Counted from the stretch's first letter, positions 34,902-44,741 are shown. The stretch: 64,000 nt of DNA from Halioglobus sp. (GCA_036961205.1 JBALVI010000010.1:18377-82376); one strand, 5' to 3'. Notes: generated by a model not told the origin, from the sequence alone. Numbers and translations are program-made.

Positions 34902-35231
34902 CTAAGCGCTACGGAGAATGGCTGCGGGCTGGTCCTGTTTCGTATTAGACAATTCATTAGCCAACTCAGCCTGCTCATGGGTGAGATAGTTGAGGCAGGC
35001 TACACGCAACACAGAGCTCAAGTTGCTTACACCGCCTGTCTTGACTAGTGCTTCGCGATAAAGCTCCGAGATGAACTGTGACAGTTTCATATCTTGCTGG
35101 ATGGAAATTCGGTCTAGCAAGTCCCAGTAAATGACCTCTAAACAGACACTGGTGACATGACCGTCAATCCGCATAGAGCGGGACTTCTTCCCAAATAAAG
35201 CTACGTCACCTCTCAAGAATATTTCACACAC
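34902..35231 (-). CDS. ribbon-helix-helix domain protein (RHH_4-like)
   Basis: The blocks SMRIDGHVTSVCLEVIYWDLLDRI...LSQFISEL...NLSSVLRVACLNYL match my recollection of the PF13467 family. The start codon is uncertain. Confidence 0.55.
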   Translation of the reverse strand: MCEIFLRGDVALFGKKSRSMRIDGHVTSVCLEVIYWDLLDRISIQQDMKLSQFISELYREALVKTGGVSNLSSVLRVACLNYLTHEQAELANELSNTKQDQPAAILRSA

Positions 35232-35324
35232 AGAACGTCCCCGCCAAGATAAGCATTTGACCCAAGATAGTAGCCTTAACGCCTAAACCATGCAACTTTG
35301 CCTATATGCTTGTATTAATAGGGA

Positions 35325-35345
35325 AAGTAGCAACCCTCTACTACC
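35325..35345. promoter_or_regulatory. 21-bp palindromic box (AGTAG-N7-CTACT core), candidate operator
   Basis: AAGTAGCAACCCTCTACTACC matches the box at 40033-40053 at 18 of 21 positions. It lies about 120 bp upstream of the SnoaL/Rieske operon. Confidence 0.35.
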
Positions 35346-35465
35346 ACCCGTTAACACACCATAGCTACTGTAAACAGATGAGATAGAATATGCTAAGGAC
35401 GACTAACTCGGGCTTTAACTTCACCCCGGGACGTAGTTTTAGACTTAAGCAATAGGAAAAATATA

Positions 35466-36020
35466 ATGACAGAACTTGAAAGTATCTTGCACAGATTAGA
35501 TCACCTGGAGTCGCTTCAAGCGATTAGAACGCTGGCTTCGACGTATGCGATTGCCTGCGACGAGCATGACATCCCGACTTTGGCTGACTTGTTCTCTACG
35601 GATGCGGTTTTTTGCTCCCCCAATGGGTCCATGGTCTCCACAGGCCGTGACGCCATCCGTGAAATGTTTACCGCCATCTTGAAAACCCGCGGCCCCGGAT
35701 TCCACTGGACTCATGACGTTCATGCAACTATGGACCCGGATAATGTCGATCGCGCGACCGGCCTGGTATACAGCCATGCGGAAACGACTCCAAATGGCGT
35801 CGTTAGCCTGGCGGCAATGAAGTACAAGGATAGTTATCTCCGGGAGGACGGCGTCTGGCGTTTTAGTCGGCGAGAGATCAACTTTTTCTACTATGTCCCA
35901 TTGACCAAATATAGTGAGGGCCTTAATCAGACTGATCGAGTTTATATCGACGGCGATTGGCATACCGCAGATTTCCCCGAGAGTCTGGAGAGTTGGCAGC
36001 GGTTTGAGGCCGGGGAATAG
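35466..36020 (+). CDS. NTF2-like / SnoaL_4 family protein
   Basis: 184 aa with DLFSTDAVF...GRDAIREMF...HWTHD...YKDSYLREDGVWRFSRRE. Ends 2 nt before the Rieske oxygenase gene. Confidence 0.8.
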   Translation: MTELESILHRLDHLESLQAIRTLASTYAIACDEHDIPTLADLFSTDAVFCSPNGSMVSTGRDAIREMFTAILKTRGPGFHWTHDVHATMDPDNVDRATGLVYSHAETTPNGVVSLAAMKYKDSYLREDGVWRFSRREINFFYYVPLTKYSEGLNQTDRVYIDGDWHTADFPESLESWQRFEAGE

Positions 36021-36022
36021 CA

Positions 36023-37207
36023 ATGAGCAGCGAATTTATGGCGCTGGCGGATCGAGCGTTAGCGCATTTTACCGATAAAACCACCGATCAAGCTGAATCA
36101 ACAATGGAGATTCCTCTATCAGCCTATCGGGACCCAGACCGATATGCTGCTGAAATAGAGCGCGTTTTCAAACATCTACCTCTGGCTGCAGCGCTTAGCC
36201 TTGAATTGCCAGAGGCCGGCAACTACCGTGCAATGACTCTGCTGGGTGTGCCTCTATTACTTGTTCGTGGTGAGGATATGCGCGTTAGAGCCATGCTCAA
36301 TGTATGCAGCCATCGCGGTGCCCAGCTGTGTGAAGAAGGGGCTGGCAGTCGGCGGAGGATTACCTGCCCTTATCACGCCTGGAGCTACGACCATAAAGGC
36401 AATTTGGTCGATCGATACGGTGGCAATACTTTTGGCGAAATCGATAGTGACAAATATGGCCTGACCAGACTTCATTGTGAGGAGAAGTCAGGTATTGTCT
36501 GGGTTTCTCTTACCCTGGGCGAGGCGTTTGATATCGACGACTGGCTGGGCGACTTTGGCGATGAATTAGATACCCTGGATCTCGCTAACTGGCATATGCA
36601 TGAGCAGCGAGACATAGCGGGGCCTGGCTGGAAGGTCACGATGGATGGCTATTTGGAGGCTTATCATCATCAGCTGGTACATCGGGAAACCGTTGGTAAG
36701 TATACGGTTGGAAATCTACTGGTTCTGGATACGTATGGCCCTCACCAGCGCCTCACCTTTGGGCGTAAGTCTCTGCATGACCTGGCCAGTCAACCGCGGG
36801 ATCAATGGCAGCCAGAAGAGCACATTCGATTGATCCATTCAGGCTTCCCAAATCTCTCTATCTCCGGAATTCTCGGTGATCACTGTCTGGTGAGTCAGGT
36901 TTTTCCCGGGGAAACACCGACCACCACCCTCACCCGCCAGACTGTTTTGGTCGCCAAAAAGCCAGAAACAGCAGAGCAAATCGAAGCGACGGAAGCTTTT
37001 AGCGCGCTGACCCTCAAGGCAGTGCAAAACGAAGACTACGGGATTGGCTTTTCCATACAATCGGGCCTGGATTCAGGGGCGAATAATCATTTCCTGTTTG
37101 GTCGCAACGAACCGGCGGTACAGAACTACCATAACTGGATAGCGAAGTTTATGGATTTACAAAATGGTGCCTGGCAGAGACCCATACGAGAGTCTTATAA
37201 AAAATAA
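36023..37207 (+). CDS. Rieske non-heme iron oxygenase, alpha subunit type
   Basis: It has a Rieske motif (CSHRGAQL...CPYHAWSY) and a mononuclear iron motif (EAYHHQLVH). Confidence 0.9.
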   Translation: MSSEFMALADRALAHFTDKTTDQAESTMEIPLSAYRDPDRYAAEIERVFKHLPLAAALSLELPEAGNYRAMTLLGVPLLLVRGEDMRVRAMLNVCSHRGAQLCEEGAGSRRRITCPYHAWSYDHKGNLVDRYGGNTFGEIDSDKYGLTRLHCEEKSGIVWVSLTLGEAFDIDDWLGDFGDELDTLDLANWHMHEQRDIAGPGWKVTMDGYLEAYHHQLVHRETVGKYTVGNLLVLDTYGPHQRLTFGRKSLHDLASQPRDQWQPEEHIRLIHSGFPNLSISGILGDHCLVSQVFPGETPTTTLTRQTVLVAKKPETAEQIEATEAFSALTLKAVQNEDYGIGFSIQSGLDSGANNHFLFGRNEPAVQNYHNWIAKFMDLQNGAWQRPIRESYKK

Positions 37208-37261
37208 TGAAGGACAACTGCCGCCAACACTTAATGCCAATAACTGAAAGAGAATAAACCA

Positions 37262-38593
37262 ATGAATCGGTCTTATCTGATCAACAATGCCAAAGTAATC
37301 TCGGGGGGGCAGCAAACTGCCACTTCGGTGCTTATCGAGCAGGATCGCATCGTTGCCCTTGGCGACAAAGCCACTGCGGCACCATCCGAGACGACTACAA
37401 TTATCGATGGTTCTGGCTGCACCCTTATTCCTGGCCTCATCGATGCTCACTGTCATATTAGCTTTGATCGGCCCAGGTCCAACGATGAGCTATTTTTCCA
37501 TCGCCGACCCGGTCTTGCCAGTATTGTCGCCTCAGTCAACGCGCAAAGAGTATTGCGGGCCGGGGTCACCAGTTTTTTCGATGCCGACTGCATATTCGAT
37601 GTTGGTATTGATCTACGAGACGCGATGGAAGCTGGGGTCGTAGAAGGCCCTCGCATGGCCACAGGAGGCAATGTGTTGATCACCAGTGTGGGCGGCACTG
37701 CCGGTCGATTATTGCCCGATAGCGGCAAACTGGGTTATGCGGTTATCGTCCAAACTAATGATGAAATCGTTCGAGAAATTCGCTGCCAGGTCAAAGCCGG
37801 CTGTGACTGGATCAAGGTGCATGTCAGTGGACTTCCCGTGCGTAAAACGCCAATGCATGGCGACGGCGAAATTCAGGCCTGGACATTAGACGAACTGCGA
37901 CTTGTTTGTGACACGGCGCATGCCCTGGGGGTTCCTGTCGTTGGTCACTGCCGCAATGCTTCCAGCACACGAGACGCTGCTCTGGCCGGTTTTGACATGA
38001 TATTACACGCCTCTTATATGGACGAAGAGGCTCTAGAGGTGGTGGTCGACAAAGGCGTCCCTCTGGTACCAACGTTCACGTTCTTGGCTAACTTAATCGA
38101 TCATGGCGATAAAATTGGTTCAGATCCTGGACTGCAAAAGATATTTAGCAATGAGATCGCGCAGAGCTCCGGTATGTTGCGCCGCGCCTATGATGCCGGT
38201 GTACCGCTAATGTGCGGCAGCGAGAGTGGCTTTTCTGTGACGCCCTACGGCGACTGGCATTATCGTGAGATGGGTTTGTTTGTTGAGCATCTAGGCCTGA
38301 CTCCACTTCAGGCTATTGCCTGCGCTACCGGAGCAGGAGCGAGTATTTTTGGCCTGCAAGACGAATTGGGGTGCATAGAGGAAGGCTATATTGCCGATCT
38401 GGTATTGGTTGAGGGAGACCTTGAGGCAGATATTAGCTTGCTAGGACAGAAAGATAATATTCGGGCGATCTTCAAGGCGGGCAAGCTCGTCAATACTGAC
38501 CAGCCTTTACCCCGCGATTGGTCCATACCAGGCTGGCGAGCTGGGCAGTACTCCACTGATATCTTGACCTATGACCTGGCCCATAAACAATGA
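37262..38593 (+). CDS. amidohydrolase family protein
   Basis: 443 aa with PGLIDAHCHI (HxH metal site) and later HCRN / HASY / GSESG blocks. Confidence 0.82.
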   Translation: MNRSYLINNAKVISGGQQTATSVLIEQDRIVALGDKATAAPSETTTIIDGSGCTLIPGLIDAHCHISFDRPRSNDELFFHRRPGLASIVASVNAQRVLRAGVTSFFDADCIFDVGIDLRDAMEAGVVEGPRMATGGNVLITSVGGTAGRLLPDSGKLGYAVIVQTNDEIVREIRCQVKAGCDWIKVHVSGLPVRKTPMHGDGEIQAWTLDELRLVCDTAHALGVPVVGHCRNASSTRDAALAGFDMILHASYMDEEALEVVVDKGVPLVPTFTFLANLIDHGDKIGSDPGLQKIFSNEIAQSSGMLRRAYDAGVPLMCGSESGFSVTPYGDWHYREMGLFVEHLGLTPLQAIACATGAGASIFGLQDELGCIEEGYIADLVLVEGDLEADISLLGQKDNIRAIFKAGKLVNTDQPLPRDWSIPGWRAGQYSTDILTYDLAHKQ

Positions 38594-38633
38594 TGACTGA
38601 CGACAAGCCTGTGACCCAGGCAGAGATAAAGCT

Positions 38634-39374
38634 ATGAGAAGAGCAATTATAACCGGTGGTGCCAGCGGGTTGGGGGCAGACATGGCCGCGGCCTTGGTCG
38701 CAGCTGGCTATCAAGTCGGCATTATGGATCTCGATAGGCAGCAAACTGAAACGACCGCCAGCCGCCTTGGCAATGCAATACCATTAGTGGCGAGTGTTAG
38801 TGATAGTGAAGCAGTCGAAGCGGCTTTTGCGGAGTTCGGTGAGGCTCCCGATCTGTTGATCAATAATGCCGGCATCGTTCGCATAGGCCCGCTGCATGAA
38901 CAGACTGTCTCAGATTACACTCAGGTGATAGAAACTAATCTATTGGGCCCAAGCCTGTGTTCACGAGTTGCTGCGAAAGGCATGATTGCCAGAGGGTCGG
39001 GACACATAATCAATATAACGTCGGTCAACGGAATTCACCCTTCGCCGGGCTGTGGTCTGTATGCGGCCACCAAGGCGGCGCTGCACTCTTTGACCCAATT
39101 AATGTCAATTGAATGGGGCCCGCTGGGTATTCGCGTCAACTCCATCGCCCCCGGATTTATCGATGCAGGAATGTCGAAAACGTTTTTTGAAAATCCAAAA
39201 GTGCGTGAGAAACGCAGCAGCGGTGTACCGTTACGCTCGTTAGGGGGCGCCAGTGATATCACCAATACGGTGTTGTTTTTAGACTCTGACGCAGCTCAGT
39301 ACATAACAGGCAATGAAATTGTTGTCGACGGAGGCGTAACCAACAGTGTGTTCGCGCATCTCCCCCGAGAGTAG
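38634..39374 (+). CDS. SDR family oxidoreductase
   Basis: It has TGGASGLG, NNAG and YAATKAA (YxxxK). Confidence 0.92.
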   Translation: MRRAIITGGASGLGADMAAALVAAGYQVGIMDLDRQQTETTASRLGNAIPLVASVSDSEAVEAAFAEFGEAPDLLINNAGIVRIGPLHEQTVSDYTQVIETNLLGPSLCSRVAAKGMIARGSGHIINITSVNGIHPSPGCGLYAATKAALHSLTQLMSIEWGPLGIRVNSIAPGFIDAGMSKTFFENPKVREKRSSGVPLRSLGGASDITNTVLFLDSDAAQYITGNEIVVDGGVTNSVFAHLPRE

Positions 39375-39481
39375 TTAATAACACACCTGATAACCACCCG
39401 TTACATAAGGTTATGATCTGTTACTAGATCAATATGTAACACGGCATATGTTGAATCAAGAATAATAAGTGGCTCTAGATA

Positions 39482-40009
39482 ATGACAAACCCTAATACGC
39501 AAGATTACAAGCTAACGCAGACGATGATGCGCATCAAAGATCCAGCGATTTCGATTCCTTTTTATCGCGATGTATTGGGGATGACCTTATTGGATCAATA
39601 TGACTTCGACAGCATGGACTTTTCACTTTATTTTTTCGCTTACCAGGATGCGCTGGTTGGCGAACCACCAGCGGCCGGGCCGGACAAGGTTGCCTGGGTA
39701 TTCAGTCAAATAGGCACCATTGAGCTGACGCATAACTGGGGCACAGAAACAGACGAAAATTTTGACGGTTATCACTCGGGAAATGACGAACCAAAGGGTT
39801 TTGGGCATATTGGTATTACGGTGCCAGATGTTTACGCCGCCTGTGAGCGCTTCGATGAACTCGGAGTAGAGTATGTGAAGCGGCCCGATGATGGTTCAAT
39901 GAAAGGATTGGCATTTATCAAAGACCCCGATGGCTATTGGATAGAGATACTCTCTGCACGGGGCCTTGCCAAAATTATTATTGCAAACACTGTGGGCAAT
40001 AAAGGGTGA
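39482..40009 (+). CDS. gloA: lactoylglutathione lyase (glyoxalase I), long eukaryote-like type
   Basis: It has [39 protein letters not shown] and [13 protein letters not shown]. Confidence 0.78.
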   Translation: MTNPNTQDYKLTQTMMRIKDPAISIPFYRDVLGMTLLDQYDFDSMDFSLYFFAYQDALVGEPPAAGPDKVAWVFSQIGTIELTHNWGTETDENFDGYHSGNDEPKGFGHIGITVPDVYAACERFDELGVEYVKRPDDGSMKGLAFIKDPDGYWIEILSARGLAKIIIANTVGNKG

Positions 40010-40032
40010 TTTATTTTGGCGCGGGGGTATGT

Positions 40033-40053
40033 TAGTAGTATCCCTCTACTACC
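40033..40053. promoter_or_regulatory. 21-bp palindromic box (GTAGTAG-N7-CTACTAC), candidate operator
   Basis: TAGTAGTATCCCTCTACTACC has perfect 7-bp arms. It lies about 80 bp upstream of the cupin gene start. Confidence 0.35.
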
Positions 40054-40129
40054 TAAAGCTTACAAAGTTAGTTTAAGTTTTTGATACGAAATAATCTAAA
40101 CCCAAAAATATGTGCGAGTGAGGGAACCT

Positions 40130-41215
40130 ATGAGTCAAGCAACAGAACAACATAATCCAGAGTACGATCCCACCGGTATAGAAGGCGGAGTCGATACCAA
40201 TTTGTTGCCCTGGATCGCGATCCCGGAAGTGCCAGGGATGTCGCTGAAAACCATGAGAGCCAGTGCCGAAACGGGCTCCTATTCAGTTATCGTAAAACTC
40301 GATGCTGGTGCAAAAATGCCAGCTGCGGTTTATCTAAGCGGCATGGATCTGACATTATTATCTGGCCAAATTACCTATAGACAGGATGATCAGGAAAGCG
40401 TGGTGACGCCTGGCACTTGGGGCTATATTTCAGCGAATTCAAAGGTCGCGGAAATGCGCGCTGACGAAGAGTCGGAGTTTCTGGCAAACTTCTATGGTGC
40501 TGTGGCTTTTTTAGATGAGCAGCACGCGATAGCCTGCCTCCTGACTAGCGTTGATATAATGCGCCTGGCAATACAGCATGGTGTGACGCTGGTGCCTAGC
40601 ACTCTTGCCGAGTGTATGCAGGAGCGCCCAGCGGAATTGAAAAATAGTCCGGAGCCACTTGCCATTGCTGGCCAAAATTCGCAAAAGTTGGTCGACTCTG
40701 CGCCGGGTGAAACTGGAAATACTGGAAACTACAATCATCCGCACTTCGTAGACACTAAGCAGGTGCCCTGGCTGGTTAACCCTGGCCTGCCAGAGATTGG
40801 TTTGAAACTATTGCGGGTTAGTGAAGACAATGGCGTTATCTCATTGATCGTGCGACAAAATGGCGTTGCGTCGGGACACACCCACATTGGCGCCAGTGAT
40901 TTTTTGATTCTTAGCGGACAGATTGGTTATCGTGCCGGGCCTCCAGAGGGATACGGTCCGGGCGTATGGTTCTTTGAACCCTCAGGCGCTCGCCACGAAG
41001 CGACCCAGCGGTTGACTGACGAAGATTTGATTTATACAGCCAATGTCTACGGCCCCCTTATTTTCGATGAAGGTAAAGGGACGCCCGTCTCTGCCGTACT
41101 CTCATGGATTGAGTATAAAGAGCTGGCAGCAGCCTTTGGCGTTGAGTTGATTCCTAGCGCGAACCCCAATGACACAACGCTATTAGCGTCGAGTATGTTA
41201 AAGGCGCAGGCCTAA
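40130..41215 (+). CDS. tandem ChrR-like cupin (Cupin_7 / 2,4'-dihydroxyacetophenone dioxygenase-like) protein
   Basis: The ATG at 40130 follows GAGGGAA. There are two internal repeats (LPWIAIPEVPGMSLKTMR... and VPWLVNPGLPEIGLKLLR...). Only the second keeps His-rich ligand-like residues (GHTHIG...ARHEA). Confidence 0.68.
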   Translation: MSQATEQHNPEYDPTGIEGGVDTNLLPWIAIPEVPGMSLKTMRASAETGSYSVIVKLDAGAKMPAAVYLSGMDLTLLSGQITYRQDDQESVVTPGTWGYISANSKVAEMRADEESEFLANFYGAVAFLDEQHAIACLLTSVDIMRLAIQHGVTLVPSTLAECMQERPAELKNSPEPLAIAGQNSQKLVDSAPGETGNTGNYNHPHFVDTKQVPWLVNPGLPEIGLKLLRVSEDNGVISLIVRQNGVASGHTHIGASDFLILSGQIGYRAGPPEGYGPGVWFFEPSGARHEATQRLTDEDLIYTANVYGPLIFDEGKGTPVSAVLSWIEYKELAAAFGVELIPSANPNDTTLLASSMLKAQA

Positions 41216-41270
41216 GCCTGCGAGTGTTTGGCTTTGCACGCACGCGACCAGCTTGCGTTAGCCACCAATG

Positions 41271-41307
41271 GCCGTCGCTAATACTTTAGCGGCGGCTTTA
41301 ATTTTTA
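41271..41307 (+). terminator. rho-independent terminator candidate
   Basis: The stem is GCCGTCGCT / AGCGGCGGC (one G-U pair), the loop is 8 nt, and TTTAATTTTT follows. It lies 55 nt after the cupin stop. Confidence 0.6.
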
Positions 41308-41332
41308 TGTCTAGCAGTGTTTGAAAGAAATT

Positions 41333-41623
41333 ATGCCCCTTCAACATATAGTGTGGTTAAAGAAAAAAGATGCATGTAGTCAGCAACAGATGGACGATCT
41401 ATTGCAAGAAGTCCACAGCTTGGCCAATGTCATTTCACAGATACAAAGTGTTAGTAGCGGAATAAATATAACTGATCGCGCCAATGGTTTTACCCACGGC
41501 ATCATAGTCACAGTGGCCGATCAACAAGCTCTCCAAACTTATATTAGCCATCCTGCCCATGTCGCTGTTGGTAAAAAGCTGGTTGCGAACGCTGATATCC
41601 TGGCCATGGATTATGAGTGTTAA
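41333..41623 (+). CDS. Dabb (stress-responsive alpha/beta barrel) family protein
   Basis: MPLQHIVWLKKK...GFTHGIIVTVADQQALQTYISHPAHVAV. The track ORF begins 12 nt earlier at a TTG. Confidence 0.78.
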   Translation: MPLQHIVWLKKKDACSQQQMDDLLQEVHSLANVISQIQSVSSGINITDRANGFTHGIIVTVADQQALQTYISHPAHVAVGKKLVANADILAMDYEC

Positions 41624-41804
41624 CTGCTATTTATCTCTGTCTCGAAGCGACAGTGAAATAGCGTTAATGAAGACTCTAAAAATTGCTATGGACCCCAAGG
41701 CAGTACTCAATCGAGGTCGCGTCTTTACATAAATTTACGGATGCGCCCCCCGATCGCGTCCTGATGCTACCGCGCGTCATCGAGGGTAGAGTTGGTGCTC
41801 CAGC

Positions 41805-42095
41805 CTATACGGAGTCGCAGAGCTTGATGCTTGGTGCGCCCGCGAGGCACCCGGCAAGTTTGGCAGCAACGACTTTGAATTCGTCGGACTTGCCGTGAAG
41901 GTCTAGTGCTGCCTGATCCACATACTGCTCCATTACGAAGTAGGTGTTTTCCTCGTCTCTTGAGCGATACAGATCGTAGTAATTGTTGCCGGGTTCCTGG
42001 TCACCAACAATGGCCATGAGTTCCTTGAAAGTTTCCTCGAATTCGGAAGCCTTTTCCGCTTTTACCATGAGTGTTGCGTTGATGCCGACTGCCAT
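41805..42095 (-). CDS. antibiotic biosynthesis monooxygenase (ABM) family protein
   Basis: 96 aa with INATLMVKAEKASEFEETFKEL...FVMEQYVDQAALDLHGKSDEF. Confidence 0.78.
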   Translation of the reverse strand: MAVGINATLMVKAEKASEFEETFKELMAIVGDQEPGNNYYDLYRSRDEENTYFVMEQYVDQAALDLHGKSDEFKVVAAKLAGCLAGAPSIKLCDSV

Positions 42096-42279
42096 AGGGT
42101 GCCCCTTTTAGAAATACACAAATCAAATATAAGAAGTAGAACCGCGGTATTGTAAAGGAATCTAGCTGTGCATGGCGAGTTCTATCAATTACAACGACTT
42201 AACTAGTGATACCTTTTAATGATAATCGCTTTCACATAACATATGGCCACCAACTCAATATACGCCAAGAGACTTCAAT

Positions 42280-43593
42280 ATGGACGACGCCATCCCTGTA
42301 GTGCAGTCCCGAGAGCACAGGCTAGACAAGTCCATCAATAACGTCAGCAAACAACGCTACATCAGCCAAGCCTGGATGAACCGGGAGTGGGAGACAGTCT
42401 GGACAAAGCACTGGCAAGCGGCCGCACATATCAGTGATTTGCGCGAGAGCGGCGACTACGTTGTCTACGATATCGGCAGGGAAAGTATTCTGCTTACCTG
42501 TGCAGAGGACGGTGAAATTCGTGCTTTTTACAATGTCTGCCAGCATCGGGGTTTACGCCTGGTAGACAGCCATTGCGGACACACCGACACCGTGCGCTGC
42601 CCCTATCACAGCTGGCGCTACAACATGGACGGAGCGTTGAACTTCGCCCCCGGGGAAGAATTGTTTCAGCAGGGCCTACCAGCCGATAAAACTTCTCTAA
42701 AACCAGTGCGCTGCGAAGTAGCCTTGGGCTTTGTGTGGATCGTATTGGATTCCGATAGCGAAAGTTTGACGGATTATCTGGAGCACATGCTCCCCATTAT
42801 GTCGCATTATCAATTTGAAACTATGACCCTGACATTGGATCAGACTGTTTCGGTCAACTGTAATTGGAAAGCGGTGCAGGACAACTTCAGCGAACTCTAC
42901 CACGTACCCTACTTACACCCGCAACACAGGCGCTTTGTGGATTGCGCTAGCGCCAGCAATGATCTCTATCCCAGCGGTCACAGCCGAGTGCGTGTGCCCG
43001 GAGGCACTACCGATACTGGCTTCGCTATACCCGAATCGCCTACGGACATACTCTCGATGCAACTCACATCATTGGGTCTTTCGGCGAGCGACTACACGGG
43101 GCGGGTTGAAGATGTTCAAGCCGCTATTCGCGATGCCAAGCGAGCCCTGGGCGAATCGTCCCTGCCCTACTACAAACAATTTACCGACGAGGAACTCTCA
43201 GACGTGATTCAAACAAACGTCTTTCCAAACACCATCTTCAGCTATAGCACCGACATGTGCTGGCTACTCCGCATGCGCCCCCATCCGACAGACCCGAACC
43301 AATGCTATCTCGACAAGCTGTCTTTGGAAAAACTGGACTCTACGGTAGAAAGTCAACATCCTGCGCCCGATACAGAAAAGCAAGACCGGCCCATTCACGA
43401 TAGCTTCGACTACTCCGACGTTATCGCCGGACGCAAGACCATGACCGATACCATAGACCAGGATTTAAGCCTGCTACAACACGCTCAGCAAGGCATGCAG
43501 TCTGACGGCTTTAAAGAGCTTTGGTTGTCTGAAGCCGAGTGCAGAATATCGCACTTTCACGAGCAACTTGATCGATGTATGGACAAGGATTAA
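42280..43593 (+). CDS. Rieske non-heme iron oxygenase, alpha subunit type
   Basis: It has CQHRGLRL...CPYHSWRY, FSELYHVPYLHPQH and a C-terminal ECRISHFHEQLD block. Confidence 0.9.
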   Translation: MDDAIPVVQSREHRLDKSINNVSKQRYISQAWMNREWETVWTKHWQAAAHISDLRESGDYVVYDIGRESILLTCAEDGEIRAFYNVCQHRGLRLVDSHCGHTDTVRCPYHSWRYNMDGALNFAPGEELFQQGLPADKTSLKPVRCEVALGFVWIVLDSDSESLTDYLEHMLPIMSHYQFETMTLTLDQTVSVNCNWKAVQDNFSELYHVPYLHPQHRRFVDCASASNDLYPSGHSRVRVPGGTTDTGFAIPESPTDILSMQLTSLGLSASDYTGRVEDVQAAIRDAKRALGESSLPYYKQFTDEELSDVIQTNVFPNTIFSYSTDMCWLLRMRPHPTDPNQCYLDKLSLEKLDSTVESQHPAPDTEKQDRPIHDSFDYSDVIAGRKTMTDTIDQDLSLLQHAQQGMQSDGFKELWLSEAECRISHFHEQLDRCMDKD

Positions 43594-43683
43594 CGGTTAA
43601 CGGAGCCAACACCTACGCGCAGGTGACTGGGTCGGTTCCCGGACCTGAATTTGCCCGGGATATTTGTCCGTTGTATTGATCCG

Positions 43684-44196
43684 CTAAAGTTTCCGCCGGT
43701 TTTCCCGCTGGTACACCGCGTCATCCTGTCGACCACCGCGCAGGCAGTCAGGCGCGAGCTCAAAATAGCTGTCTTGGGTGGGCTCGGTACGACTCCAGTC
43801 GACGCGCTCGCTGCGGTAGGTGAATTTCCATATGCCGTCGCGCTTCTCATAGCGGTCCAGATAGCGTCCGGCGATGACGATGTCCTCGAAGCCGGACTCG
43901 CCTTTCACCTTGTGGTAGGCCTGAAAGTAAACCTCGCCATATGCCTCGTTGCCTTCCAGTTCAATAAGAACATTGCCGATCATGTGCTGATTAGCCTCGT
44001 GATCCTGCAGGGCGGTGACACAGTATTTAGCAAATTCGGTGGCCGAGCCCTCGGTAAAACCGTAATCACACCAGGCATCTTCGAAGAAGACTGATTGCAA
44101 GAGGCTTTCATCGAGGCGGTCCAGCCCGCGCATGTATTTACAGGACAGTTCGTATATATCCTGTTTGTCCAGAAGAGCTTCCAGGCGTTCGCTCAC
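43684..44196 (-). CDS. NTF2-like / SnoaL_4 family protein
   Basis: 170 aa with IYELSCKYMRGLDRLD...HMIGNVLIEL...GRYLDRYEKRDGIWKFTYR. Confidence 0.8.
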   Translation of the reverse strand: MSERLEALLDKQDIYELSCKYMRGLDRLDESLLQSVFFEDAWCDYGFTEGSATEFAKYCVTALQDHEANQHMIGNVLIELEGNEAYGEVYFQAYHKVKGESGFEDIVIAGRYLDRYEKRDGIWKFTYRSERVDWSRTEPTQDSYFELAPDCLRGGRQDDAVYQRENRRKL

Positions 44197-44213
44197 AGTG
44201 TTTTACCTCGCTG

Positions 44214-44741
44214 TTATCGTGCTTTAAGGAAAGGGTAAAGTGGGTCGTTATCGATATGTGCGCCCTTGGCGAGATCGGCAAAAGCTTCACTGCTGCGCTC
44301 ATCGACAACCGGGATGCGTTTGCTCCAGTCTATGACGACCTGTCGATGCATAATCTTCCACTGACCGTTGCGTTTTTCCAGCCTGTCCAGATAACGACCA
44401 TAGAACAGCATCTCCTCCTGTGCACCCAAGAGTAGGTGGCCTGCGGTTACGCAGGATTCAGAGCATGCGATATTATCCGTGAACTCGACCAGCGTGTTGC
44501 TCAGTAAGTGGCGGGTGAGCTCATATTGACCCGCAAGAGCCCCCACTACCAGCTCTGCGAAATTATGCGCCCCACCTTTGTAGCTGCCGTAATCGACCTC
44601 TGCCTCAGGCCAGTACGCGGCCTGGATGGTAGCCTGGTCCAGACGATCAAGACCCCGGCTGTGCAGGCTGAGAATATCGTGAATGGCGAGCTGGTCTGCG
44701 ACCCGATCAGGGTTTGCAGCTGTACCTGTTTCTGTCGTCAT
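44214..44741 (-). CDS. NTF2-like / SnoaL_4 family protein (paralog of the preceding gene)
   Basis: 175 aa with IHDILSLHSRGLDRLD...HLLSNTLVEF...GRYLDRLEKRNGQWKIMHR. Confidence 0.8.
   Translation of the reverse strand: MTTETGTAANPDRVADQLAIHDILSLHSRGLDRLDQATIQAAYWPEAEVDYGSYKGGAHNFAELVVGALAGQYELTRHLLSNTLVEFTDNIACSESCVTAGHLLLGAQEEMLFYGRYLDRLEKRNGQWKIMHRQVVIDWSKRIPVVDERSSEAFADLAKGAHIDNDPLYPFLKAR

Noticed and set aside
35496-36023. 175-aa minus-strand ORF
   Set aside because: It is fully antisense to the SnoaL_4 gene, whose translation shows clear family motifs. It is a typical shadow ORF in GC-rich coding DNA.
35343-39403. Exact 11-mer ACCACCCGTTA shared by the promoters at 35343-35353 and 39393-39403
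   Set aside because: By my rough estimate, exact 11-mer coincidences are expected many times by chance in a 64 kb window. It is not palindromic, so it is not reported as a site.
41683-41898. 71-aa plus-strand ORF
   Set aside because: It overlaps the ABM gene on the opposite strand and has no SD.
43651-44094. 147-aa plus-strand ORF
   Set aside because: It is antisense to the SnoaL_4 gene at 43684-44196, and its composition is low-complexity and Ala/Val/Leu-rich.
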